Assembly (NCBI RefSeq): GCF_030144855.1
Contig: NC_082730.1
Coordinates: 13,702,001-13,766,000, forward strand
DNA length: 64,000 nt
Reading direction: 5' to 3'
DNA from: Hypanus sabinus
Taxonomy: Eukaryota
Each line of letters begins with the position of its first letter. The first letter of the stretch is position 1. Below, one piece after another: positions 24,975 to 36,965 of this stretch. The position numbers and the translations under genes were made by a program. The notes below the pieces were generated by a model. The model did not search any database, was not told where the DNA came from, and saw nothing but the letters and a program-made list of their open reading frames with translations.

Positions 24975-25246
24975 CCTTGACCGATCACGGTCAGGGTCCA
25001 GTGGCATGGAGTGCAGGACAACTCTGGAACTTCTCTGCTGTAGCCTTCCTCCACCTTCAATTCCGTTGTGATGCATCATCATCTTGTCTTGTCCATACTG
25101 CCCCAACCGCCGCCACTGGGCTGTAAACGTGCAGGAGCAGAGTGTGGTTCAGTGCCCTGCTCAAGGACACACACACGCTGCCTCGGCTGAGGTTCGAACT
25201 AATGACCTTCAGATCGCTAACCCAAAGCCACTTGGCCACACGCCAA
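24975..25246 (-). mobile_element. tRNA-derived SINE
   Basis: Minus-strand A box TGGCCAAGTGG and B box GTTCGAACC, followed by gtgtccttgagcagggcactgaacc. No complete cloverleaf or acceptor stem. Confidence 0.7.
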
Positions 25247-25304
25247 TCTTCCGCCAGCTCCACCACTGAGGACTTTTTTGGATCGCTCTTTGTCTGGAAA
25301 TTCC

Positions 25305-28300
25305 TGTGGTATATCATGTGTCACGTGATAGAGTTTGAAGTGTGTGCAGAACTGACAGAATGTTCAAAAAGCTTGTATGGTTAAGACGTGGTTGCTGTTT
25401 GCTGTTAAGTAAAAGTTCTAGTTATATTCTTCCAGAATATGGTTTGTTCTGAGTAACCCATAGTACGTATCAAGAACACAACATGGTGTCAGAAGTCCGT
25501 CTGGAAGAATAAATCATTTCACTAACACAGGAAAAGCGAAGGTAATCAAAAAAAAGTGCAAATCTTCGTTGTTTGCTAACAGCTTAAAGAATGGAAGTTT
25601 TGCAACCCCCATCGATGCTTCAGATGACTGGAAATGTAGCTGAAAACTGGAAAAGATATAAACAGTTTTGATATTTATTTATCAGCGATCAGAGCAGATA
25701 ATAAAACGGAGAAAACAAAAGCTGCAATTCTTTGAAGATGACACAACTGAGGTAAATAACCATTTTACTTTTAAGAATGGAGATAATTTGAATCTAAAAG
25801 TGATAATTGACAAGTTTGAAGTATTTTGTATACTGAAGCACAATGTGACATATGAAAGGTACAAATTCTTCACATGCAAGCAGAAAGCTGGTCAAATGAT
25901 TGATCAATTTGTTACAGAATTGAGTAACCACAATAAAACATGAGAGTTTGCAGAGCTGATGGACTCTCTCATTAAAGATAGAATTTGTTTGCAGCATTCT
26001 TGGATAATGCTCTGAGAGAAAGACTCTTGAGAGAACCAGACGTTGGAAGAAGCTTTGATTCTTTGCAAAGCTTCTGAAACCGTAAAGTCGTGGGTAAAGA
26101 GCTTTTTATTGAGGGCAGCGTAAAAGCTGTAAACCATGAACATATTAGAAAAAGCATTAAAACAGCAATGAAACAGACTGAGAGCAAGACATCGTTTGAA
26201 AGAAGAAAACTTTGTGATCGCTGTGGGCAGGAGCACTGACCTCAGCAGTGTCCAGTGTATCAGAAAATGTGCTACAACTGCGGTAGGAGTAATGATTTTT
26301 CACACTTTTGCAGAAGTAGAAAGAACATAAAACAAGTGAAAAAGCAATGGCAGGAGAAGTTTGCTTCAATGCAAGCGATAATGAAAGAGATACTGAGAGA
26401 AGATGAGATTCAGTTTCATCTAGAGCAAGAACGCTCACAGTGGGCACAGTATAAGGAAGCAGTGGAAAGTGAATTGACTGATCTAAGGGACGTTTGTCTG
26501 AAGGACAAGGGAATAAAATGAGGACACAAGACAAAATGAACACATGGACACAGAAAGCTACAGTACTTGAAGAAGTACAACCGAGATCATACATGGTTCA
26601 AACAGAGGAAGGAGCAGTGTTGAGAAGAAATCGCAAAGACCTCAAGAAAGAGCCAACTTGTGAGTTTCAGTCAACTGATGCAGACCAGACAAAACATGAA
26701 AATAACAATGAAACACAAGAACTGTATGAATCACATAGAAGGTTCTACTTGTGACTTGTATTTGGAAACCCCCAGAGAGACTGATAGAGACATGTTAAAT
26801 TATGCATTTGTTTTGATTAATGTTGCTAATTGTTTTTCTTCTTAAAGAATGGAAGATGCAGTAATATCATGTGTCACATGATAGAGTTTGGAGCGTGCGC
26901 AGAACTGACAGAATGTTCGAGGAGCTTGTAGGTTAAACATAGAAACATAGAAAATAGGTGCAGGAGTTGGCCATTCAGCCCTTCGAGCCTGCACCACCAT
27001 TCAGTATGATCATGGCTGATCATCCAACTCAGAACCCTGTACCTGCTTTCTCTCCATACCCCCGATCCCTTTAGCCACAAGGGCCATATCTAACTTCCTC
27101 TTAAATATAGCCAATGAACTGTCCTCGACTGTTTCCTGTGGCAGAGAATTCCACAGATTCACCACTCTCTGTGTGAAGAAGTTTTTCCTCATCTCAGTCC
27201 TAAAAGGCTTCCCCTTTATCGTTAAACTGTGACCCCTCATTCTGGACTTCTCCAACATCAGAAACAATCTTCCTGCATCTAGCCTGCCCAATCCCTTTAG
27301 AATTTTATATGTTTCAATAAGATCCCCCCTCAATCTTCTAAATTCCAGTGAATATAAGCCTAGTCAATCCAGTCTTTCTTCATGTGAAAGTCCTGCCATC
27401 CCAGGAATCAATCTGGTGAACCTTCTCTGTACTCCCTCTATGGCAAGATTGTCTTTCTTCAGATTAGGGGACCAAAACTGCACACAATATTCTAGGTGCG
27501 GTCTCACCAAGGCCTTGTACAACTGCAGTAGAACCTCCCTGCTCCTGTACTCAAATCCTTTTGCTATGAATGCCAACATACCATTTGCCTTTTTCACCGC
27601 CTGCTGTACCTGCATGCCCACCTTCAATGACTGGTGTACAATGACACCCAGGACTCGTTGCACCTCCCCTTTTCCTAATCGGCCACTGTTCAGATAATAA
27701 TCTGTTTTCCTGTTCTTGCAACCAAAGTGGATAACCTCACATTTATCCACATTAAATTGCATCTGCCATGAAGTTGCCCACTCACCTAACCTATCCAAGT
27801 CACCCTGTGTCCTCTTAGCATCCTCCTCGCAACTAACACTGCCGCCCAGCTTCATGTCATCCGCAAACATGGAGATGCTGCATTTAATTCCCTCTTCTAA
27901 ATCACTAATATATATTGTAAACAGCACTGAGCCTTGCGGTACCCCACTAGTCACTGCCTGCCATTCTGAAAAGGTCCCGTTTACTCCTACTCTTTGCTTC
28001 CTGTCTGCCAGCCAATTCTCTATCCACATCAATACCATACCCCCAATACCGTGTGCTTTAAGTTTGCACATTAATCTCCTGTGTGGGACCTTGTCAAAAG
28101 CCTTTTCAAAATCTAAATATACCACATCCACTGGCTCTCCCCTATCCACTCTACTAGTTACATCTTCAAAAAATTCTATAAGGTTCATCAGACATGATTT
28201 TCCTTTCACAAATCCATGCTGACTTTGTCCGATGATTTCACCTCTTTCCAAATGTACTGTTATCACATCTTTGATAACCAACTCTAGCATTTTCCCCACC

Positions 28301-28432
28301 ACTGATGTCAGACTCACCGGTCTAACAGGTTAAGACGTGGTTGCTGTTTGCTGTTAAGTAAAAGTTCTAGTTATGTTCTTCCAGAATATGGTCTGTTCTT
28401 AGTAACCCACAGTACGTATCAAGAACACAACA
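25305..28432 (+). mobile_element. Non-autonomous Gypsy-type LTR retrotransposon (179-bp LTRs, decayed gag, pol core absent)
   Basis: 5' LTR 25305-25483, PBS TGGTGTCAGAAGT at 25484-25496, gag start MEVLQPPSMLQMTGNVAENWKR at 25591, two CCHC-like knuckles, integrase-tail motif PRSYMVQTEEGAVLRRNR, PPT at 26844-26856, 3' LTR 26857-28432 interrupted by CR1. TSD ATTCC/ATTCT. Confidence 0.9.
26937..28326 (-). mobile_element. 5'-truncated CR1 (relatively young) inserted in the 3' LTR
   Basis: 317-aa open RT ORF at 27364-28317, tail catagaaacatagaaa, 7-bp TSD AGGTTAA at 26930-26936 and 28327-28333. Confidence 0.95.
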
Positions 28433-31299
28433 ATTCTCATTGACCATACCACAATGGGAATCCTACCAGGAGCTAAGCTCAAGATGTCATTGCTGTCGGG
28501 ATGTCAAGTCACTCTATTGCGATGAGGAAGGGTACCGTGTATATTGGGCGGGGCTTGCTTCAGTCAGAGATACTCCAGAGATTTTACCAGCCGCTTGCAC
28601 TAAGTTCAGCTCATGTTCTGTCTCACAAGGCTTTCTGGGGCTCCCCTCTGGGAAAATAACGGGCAGTTGTGCTTGGGTGTTCCCAAGTTCACAAACGGGC
28701 CAGGGCTCTGAGTGGAGATGAAGTAGAGTCCAGAACTTAACTGGGAACCTGTTCATTTACAGACTGAGCGAGTAAAATTGAGTGGGGGAATTTCTTTTTT
28801 GTATTTGTAACTTTTGGTTTTCATTGAATCTTTGTATTTGTAGATTTGTATTTACTGTGAATCCGTCACTGAAAATTTCTTTAAAGAAGCAATTTTTTCA
28901 GTTAGTGTGTGGGTTATTCAATTTGGGATAATTTAATTAGCACAGAATTTTCAATGTCTTGCTTTGTAGTTGTTGTCTTTGGGGATTATTGCTTCGTCTG
29001 GACACCGGGACATACTCCAGGGTGTATTTTTGAGGTGTATGCCAACCCATCTTTGCCCTGTCATTGTGGCTGCTTGTCTGATGAAATTCAAACTGAGTTC
29101 TTCTGTGTGTTGTGAGTGATTTCAGTTCTTTAAGATTTTGTAGAATTTGCCTGAGTTCTTGTTACTTTTGCTGGTTAATTTCTGTAATAAATCTTTTGTT
29201 TTGTTTGAGTTGCTGGGGAGTCTGTGATTCCTGCAATTGAGTTTTCTATTGACTCTCCCAGAATTCCTGCAAGAAAATCAATCCTTGGACTGCACAATAT
29301 ATGGTGACATACAGTATATGTACTTTCTGATTGGTTAGTCCTCATCCAATCAGGTTTACGCTCTCCCACTTTGCTTAAAATCAAATACAAATGTAAGCAA
29401 GTTGGAGAATGGAAATCTGATTGGACGAGGATTAACCAATCAGGATGGATGGAATACGACTAAATACCACCAGTCTAGACATGCCCCAGCATCATCCCTG
29501 ATGAAGATGGAAGTTTATCGTCAAAATGTTCGTTATAAATGAATCCTGTACTTGGCTGGAAGCCCAAGAAGAGTTTATTCATTATATATGCTGGGAAAAC
29601 ACTACATCATTTTTCGTATATGTACTTTGATTCTGAATTTATTTTAAACTTTGAAATCCTTCCCATTTGAACAAGGAACTGTCCATGGGAATGTTCCGTT
29701 CCATCTGAAATCCAAGGCTCAGAAACCCCACCCATGAGGACAAAGCTGGACAATGAGAGCAAGCTCTAATCAGAAGGAGTAGCCCCAGATATGACCCGGG
29801 TCCCACTCCCACCTACGTTTTTCATCCATCACAGCCCCACTTATGATCTGTCCCCTGTCCAGGAGCCATCAGAGAGGTGGGTGTGTGTCAGTGCAGTCTG
29901 CCACGGGGATTTCTGCACCCAACATGCAGCATACAAATGGCAGAGCCAGTGTCAGGATCAGTCATCATGGGGAAGCACCTGATGGGTTCGAACAGTCTGT
30001 GCCCTGCCATCCCTACTGATGGTACTTTTCACATGCAGCAATTAGCGTAACACTATTACAGTGCCAGTGACCTGGGTTCAGTTCCCACTGCTGTCTGTAA
30101 GGTGAATCAATGTTCTCTCTGTGGCCATGTGGGTCTCCTCTGGGTGCTCCAGTTTCCTCCACGTTCCAAAGACACACAGGTCAGCAGGTTAATTAGGTAG
30201 TGGTTCTTGATGGGCCTGTTATTGTGATATATCTCTAAATAACATAAAATTAAACATAAAAATTATACAGGTGTCAGCAGACAATGTCCCCTGAGACACT
30301 AGAAGTCCTGCTGGTGGTTTTGAACAATTCTCATTGAAGGGTTGCATCCAAAACATCAACTTACCATTTCTCTCTGTGGGCCCTGCCTGGTCTGTTGAGT
30401 TCCTGCAGCAGCTTGTGTGGTTCTGGCTGTGGGCAGGGTCCAGGAAAGGAGAAATTCCCAGAGTGGGCAGGTCCCTGCAGCAATTGGGAGGTCGAACTGA
30501 GTGAGCAGATTCAGCACAGTGGGAAGGACTTTGAAGGAAACTGCTGAATGCCTTTCTACAGGAACCAGCTCTGACACCAACTGTGAACTTTACAAGAACT
30601 CCAACTGTGAGTTCAAGTGCTCGTCCACTGCCAAAGAGCTCTGTTCCAACTGCTTGATCTGTGGCTCTCATTGACGTCTCCTCTGCTTCTGGAAGTAATT
30701 TCATCTGATTCTCCACATGTCATCTTTTCTGACTCAGCCCACAAATCACCTCACTTGAGTATTATCCCTCAGTCCTGTTAACATTTTAACACTCTCCACA
30801 AATTTCAATCATTTGCTGAAAATTAGATACTTTATTGATTCCAAAGGATTCAATTCCAGTGTCACAGTAGCATTACAAGTGTACCAATATAAATATTAGA
30901 GAAGTAGAAAGAATAAAAAATAAGATAGCACATACAGTCTAACAGAAGGGGGCATTACACCACCAGCTCTTGGTTGACTCAATATAGAGCCTAACGGCCG
31001 AGAGTAAGAATGGCCTCATATTTGGAGCAGCGCAGTTGTCTTAATCTGTTTGCTCCTCTGTTCAGCCAAGGTGACATGGAGAGGGTACTGTTTTTGTGAT
31101 ATGTACTTAACGAACTTCAAACATTTGGATGTTTGATAAAATCAGCTGGCTCACTGTGATTTCTAATTTGTCTGCTTCCTGCATAATTCCTCATATCTAT
31201 TTGAAGGAAACATTTCATTTCAGACAACTATTCAGATAATGAAAGTCAGACTTGGTTGACTAATGACAAGTCCACTGAACAAAGTTCAGGACTGTGAAG

Positions 31300-31790
31300 A
31301 TCACACACAGCGATCCTGAGTTAGACAAGAAATAGATTTGTGAACTTTATAAATAATCAACAATGCCAAGACACAAAACCAGTTCAAAACGGAATCCCAG
31401 ACTGGCTGTCCGCTCTGGCAGGGCTTAAATGCTGTAACTATTCTGCAAAATAAAGCAGCATGGTTGACCACTGCACATCCTATCCCAATGAATTTTATAC
31501 ATTCGTGCATGTTTTCAACAGAAAGGCTTTGGAATGTCATCAGTTCCCCTGACAGTGCTCCTGAACCTACAGTCATCATTGCAGACCTCCTATAAGTCTC
31601 GAGACTGAACCCACAGAAAGCATCTGGACCTGGTGGGGGGGCCCTGTGGTCAGCATGGACAAACTGGGCCAAAAGGCCTTCATCCATGCTGTAGTAGTCT
31701 GTAACTCTACAAGATTGTTGTGAGTGCTGAACTGAGCCACATGGACACCAAACGTGTGAGATACAAAGAACTTTATTCAACACAGCAGTT
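31300..31790 (+). mobile_element. Degenerate Rex1/Babar RT fragment
   Basis: gcatctggacctggtg (KASGPDG-like) and ctttattcaacacagc; resembles the Rex1 pre-RT region. Confidence 0.45.
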
Positions 31791-32063
31791 CGAGAAAATC
31801 TGTTTCTGCTCTCTCCACACACACACAACAGTACAGTGATATTTTATACTTTGTAAGTAAAAAGACAACAATATATGATTCACTGCATTTTAATAGCTGT
31901 TGTTACTTAACACTTAACTTTCATTTTGAAAATTGACAGGCAATTTTTGAAGAATTGCAAATTTATAATGGAAGCACATCAGAAATGAATGGCACATGTG
32001 AATGTTAATGTACTGGTGGTTTCTCCAAGAGCTTCTGAGTCATTAAGTGCCATTTAATATCAC

Positions 32064-33935
32064 CATAGAACCGTAGAACATTACAGCACAGAAACAGGCC
32101 TTTTGGAGCTTCCTGGCTGTGCTGAACCATTTTTCTGCCTAGTCCCACTGACCTGCACCTAGACCATATCCCTCCATACCCTCTCATCCATGTAACTGTC
32201 CAAGATTTTCTTAAATGTTAAAAGTGAGCCTGCACTCACCACTTCAACTGGCAGCTCATTCCACACTCCCGCTACCCTCTGTGTGAAGAAGCTCCCCATA
32301 ATGTTCCCTTTAAACTTCTCCCCTTTCACACGTAACCCATGTCCTCTGTTTTTTTTTTCTCCCCAAGCGTCAGTGGAAAAAGCCTGCTTGCATTCACTCT
32401 ATCTATACCCATCATAATTTTATATACATCTATCAAATCTCCCGTCATACTTCTACACTCCAGGGAATAAAGTCCTAACCTATTCAACTTTTCTCTGTAA
32501 CTCAATTTCTCAAGTACTGGCAACATCCTTGTAAACCTTCTCTGCACTCTTCCAACCTTATTAATATCCTTTCTGTTATTAGGTAACCAAAACTGCTTGC
32601 AACACTCCAAATTCAGCCTTGCCAATGTCTTATACAACCTCACCATAACATTCCAACTCTTATACTCAATACTTTGATTTATAAAAGCCAATGTGCCAAA
32701 AGCTCTCTTTACAACCTATCTACCTGTGATGCCACTTTGAGGGAATTATGTATCTGTATTCCCAGATCCCTCTGTTCTACTGCACTCCTCAGTGTCCTAC
32801 CATTTACCTTTTATGTTCTACCTTGGTTTGTCCTTCCGAAGTGCAATACTTCACACTTGTCTGCATTAAACTCCATCTGCCATTTGTCAGCCCTTTGTCA
32901 GCTGATCCAAGTCCCTCTGCAAGCTTTGAAAACCTTCTTCACTGTCCACAATACCTCCAATCTTTGTATCATCAGCAAATTTGCTGATCTGATTTACCAC
33001 ATTATCATCCAGATCAATGATATAGAAGACAAATAACAATGGACCCAGCACTGATCGCTGTGGCACACCACTAGTCATAGGCCTTCACTCAGAGAAGCAA
33101 TCCTCCACTACCACTCTCTGGCTTCTTCCATTGAGCCAAAGTCTAATCCAATTTAATACCTCACAATGTATTCCTAGCAACTGAATCTTCCTAACTAACC
33201 TGCTATGCGGGACCTTGTCAAAGGCCTCACTGAAGTCCATGTAGACAACATCCACTTTCCTGGTAACTTCCTCGAAAAACTCTGATAGATTGGTTAAACA
33301 TGACCTACCACACACAAAGCCATGTTCATTCTCCCTAATTAGTCCCTGTCTATCCAAATACTTGTAGATCCAATTTCTTGGAACTCCTTTCAATAATTTA
33401 CTTACCACTGAAGTCAAACTTACCAGCCTATAATTTCCCTGATTACTTTTACAACCTTTTTTAAACAACGGAACAACATGAGCTATCCTCCAATCATCCA
33501 GCACCTCACCCGTGGATATCGACATTTTAAATACATCTGCCAGGGCCCCTGGAATTTCAACACTAGTCTCCTTCAAGGTCTGAGGGAATATTCTGTCAGG
33601 TCCTGGGGATTTATCTACTCTGATTTGCCTCAAGACAGCAAGCACCTCCTCCTCTTTAATCTGTATAGGTTCCATGACCTCACTACTTGTTTACCTTATT
33701 TCCATAGACTCCTTGCCAGTTTCCTTAGAAAATACAGATGCAAAAAACCCATTTAAGGTCTCCCCCATTTCTTTTGGTTCCATACAGAGCTGACCACTCT
33801 GATCTTCAAGAGGACCAATTTTATCCCTTACTATCCTTTTGCTCTTAATTTACCTGTAGAAGCTCTTAGGGTTATCCTTCACCTTGACTGCCAAAGAAAC
33901 CTCATGTCTTCTTTTAGCACAATTCATCTATTGTC
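32064..33935 (-). mobile_element. CR1 LINE, 5'-truncated
   Basis: Minus ORFs contain DKSPGPDRIFP...NYRLVSLTSVV...HGFVCGRSCLTNL and TSGVPQRSVLGP. Tail catagaaccgtagaac. Confidence 0.92.
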
Positions 33936-33939
33936 TCAC

Positions 33940-35460
33940 CTGGGGTGTATAGAATCAGATGTTTCAAGGCTCAGTACGGAGAAGCAACACCTTATATTCT
34001 GTTTGGGTGGTCTCCAACCTGATGGCATGAATATCAATTTCTAATTCCCACTCAGAAAAACATCCCTCGCATTGCCCTCTTTTTCTATTCCCTACTCTGG
34101 TCTTTTACCTCTACTCACCTGCCTATCAACACCCCTTGGTCCCCTCCTCCTTCCCTCTCTCCTATGGTCCACTCAGCTCTCCTTTCTTTTTACAATATTT
34201 TTATTCAGAAGAAAAAAACAAGATTTACAGAGTGCAACACATAGATACATCTCAACATAAATTGTTTACATTCAGATATTGTCATAAAATTGATCAAAAT
34301 GTTATAGCATATCACATAAAGGTATACCACTCTAATCAAAAATTTAAAGATAGGTCATACATCATAAAATAATTTTTTTATATAAAAAGTCAACCCCCTA
34401 CCAACTACCAAAGAAAAAAGCTGATGGATGATAATGGATAATTAGAAAAAAAACATATTCACTTAAGAAGAGAAGATAGAAATATACATAAAAGTCTGTG
34501 CACTGTTAAACTTTATAAATTGGAAAACTAATTTAGGAAAGTTCCCCAGATATCATAAAAAGATTGTTTAGAATTTAAGACTGAGCAGCGGATCTTCTCT
34601 AAATTTAAATAAGACATAATATCACGTAGCCATTGAAGATGTGTAGGAGGGGTAGACTCCTTCCATTTAAGCAACATTACTCTCCTTGCTAAAAGAGAGG
34701 TAAAAACTAAAACCTGTAGGTTCGGAGTATTTAAAGTTATATCTTCATTTGCAATAATACCAAACAAGGCAGTAAGGGGATTTGGGTCAAATTGGACTCT
34801 AAAAAGTTGAGAGAAGGTATGGAATACTTCCCGCCACCACAAAACTTTTCAATTTTAGGGCAAAACCAAAACATATGAATTAAAGAGGCATCAGCAGAGT
34901 TGCATTTATTACAAAGTGGAGATACGTTTGGATAAAAACTGGACAGCTTCTGTTTAGAAATGTAAGCTCTATCAACCACTTTAAATTGCAGAAGAGAATG
35001 ACGGGCACAGAAAGATGATTTATTAACCCGTTTAAGAATTTTATTCCACCTTTCATCAGAAATCTGACAATTAAGGTCATCCTCCCAAGTTTTTTTTATT
35101 TTATCTAAAAAGTCTGGTCTAGAATCAATCAACAAGTTATAGATACCGGTAATAGAACCATTAACAAAAGGTTTTAAATTTAAAAGATCATCCATTAAAT
35201 TTCTATCAGGACCTATAGGAAAAGTAGTTAATTGGGAACCTCTCCTAACACATTCCTTCTTCTCCAGCCCTTTATTTTTCCAACCCCCCCCCTGGTTTCA
35301 CCTATCACCTTCCTGCTATGCTCCTTCTCCTTCCCCCGCCTTCCCCCTTATTTCCAGTCCTGATGAAGGGTCGGGGCCCAAAATGTCAACTATTGGTTCA
35401 CTCCCATGGATGCTGCTTGACCTACTGAGTTCCTCCAGCATTTTGTGTGTGTTGCTTTAG
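33940..35460 (+). mobile_element. Penelope-like 3' fragment split by an L1/Tx1 insertion
   Basis: EQHLIFCLGGLQPDGMNINF at ~33985-34040. The terminal repeat resumes at 35240 and ends cagcattttgtgtgtgttgct. Confidence 0.7.
34184..35239 (-). mobile_element. L1/Tx1-clade LINE 3' fragment
   Basis: Minus ORFs contain CARHSLLQFKVVDR...CNKC...ASLIHMFWFCP (ORF2 C-terminal zinc knuckle) and LARRVMLLKWK. Candidate TSD CTCTCCT at 34177-34183 and 35240-35246. Confidence 0.85.
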
Positions 35461-35599
35461 AATCAGAATATCCCACACTCAGTGATTGGTTTCAAAACCC
35501 TCAGACAATCAGTGGATTACATTTCATTTGAGGAAGCTTTGTTCCCATGTATAATTAATGCCAATTATCTCTATAATTTCATAACTCCAGAATAATCCA

Positions 35600-36680
35600 C
35601 GGCAGTGAAGAAAATGATTAATGAGGGCAGTGCAGTGGATGTTGTAGTAGGATCTTTTGTAAAGGATATGACATGGTCCAGAAATTTAAGTAACACAGGA
35701 TCCATAGTGAGTTTCTAAGTTAGAAACAAAGTTGGCATGTTGATAGACTACTGAGACCAGTGCTGGAGGGGTGATTATCTGACTGGAGGCCTGCGACCAA
35801 TGGAGCTCCGACACTTGTAATAGGTACAAGTTATTTGCATGAGAATATAGGTGCTTTGGTAGACAAACCAAAATTGTAGGAATTGTGGAAAGTGAGGAAT
35901 GTGGTCGATGGATACAGCAGGATATAAATCAGCTAAGACTTTGGACAGAGAAAAGACAGATAGACTTCAAATCACACAAGCATGAAGCGTTGTATTTTGG
36001 GAGATCAAATGCAAGATAAGGTCATGACATAACTGGCAGGACCATTTGGAGCACTGATTTACAATGGGATCGTGACATGGAAGTCCACAGCTCCCAAAAG
36101 TGAAAAAAACAGCTGAACAGGGCAGTGAAGGCAGTGTATGGCATGCCTGCCAGCATTTAGTAGGAAAGTTGTCAAGTCATGTTGCAACTGTATAAAACTT
36201 TAACAACATTTGGAGTAGACTTGGTCTTTACACTATAGAAAGAATGTGGAGGATTCAGAGATTGTGCAGTAGAGGCTAACCATGGTTTGGCCTGGATTAC
36301 AGTGTAAAAACTATGTGGAGAACTTGAACAAAGTTGGAGTATCAGAGCCTGAGGGACGATCTATTAGAAGAGTGTAAAATTATGAAAGGCATAGACAGGG
36401 GAGATAGTCATAGCTCGCAGGGTAGAAGTATAAAATACCAAAGGATTTAATGTGAGCAGTAGAAACTTTAAAGGGGATGAGAAAGACAATTTTTTTCAAT
36501 ACACATGGAGTATAAATAGTGCCTGAAATGGTTTACGAAGGTATGTGGTGGAAGCAGATACAATAGCAAAATTGAAAAGGTATTTAAACAGACACATGGA
36601 CAGGTAAGAACACGTGCAGGCAGATAGGTTAGATAGATTGGAATAATGGTCAGCACAGGCAAGGTGAGGCCCTGTGTTAT
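35600..36680 (+). mobile_element. Old, highly degenerate CR1 RT to 3' end
   Basis: Scattered RT motif remnants and a CR1-type 3' UTR. Confidence 0.55.
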
Positions 36681-36965
36681 ACCCTTATATGAACTATGTT
36701 GAATATTTTTGGTTCACTGAAATGGCCTCTAAAGGTGAGAAAGTAGATTTTCAGTCAGCCTCATACAGCAATCTCTCATTAAATAACAAACTCAGAATTA
36801 ACAGAATCTTTCCAGGAAAACTTTGCTGTACTCAGTCCATTGTAAGTGTATCCTTCCTTTGGTGGGAAGAACCAGACCTCAACAAATGTCTTATCAGTGC
36901 TCAACACAATTGGAACATGATAATCACTCAGCTAATATTTAAATACCTGAAAAAATTATGATTAA

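Noticed and set aside
25185-25246. tRNA gene (A and B boxes present)
   Set aside because: There is no complete cloverleaf or acceptor stem, and it continues into a SINE body.
27416-28222. Plus-strand ORFs of 93 and 168 aa
   Set aside because: Antisense shadows of the CR1 RT frame. The same applies to most ORFs in the track that lie over LINEs.
30219-30716. 165-aa minus-strand ORF as a stand-alone gene
   Set aside because: No recognisable domain or Ig motif; kept only as a low-interest unexplained segment.
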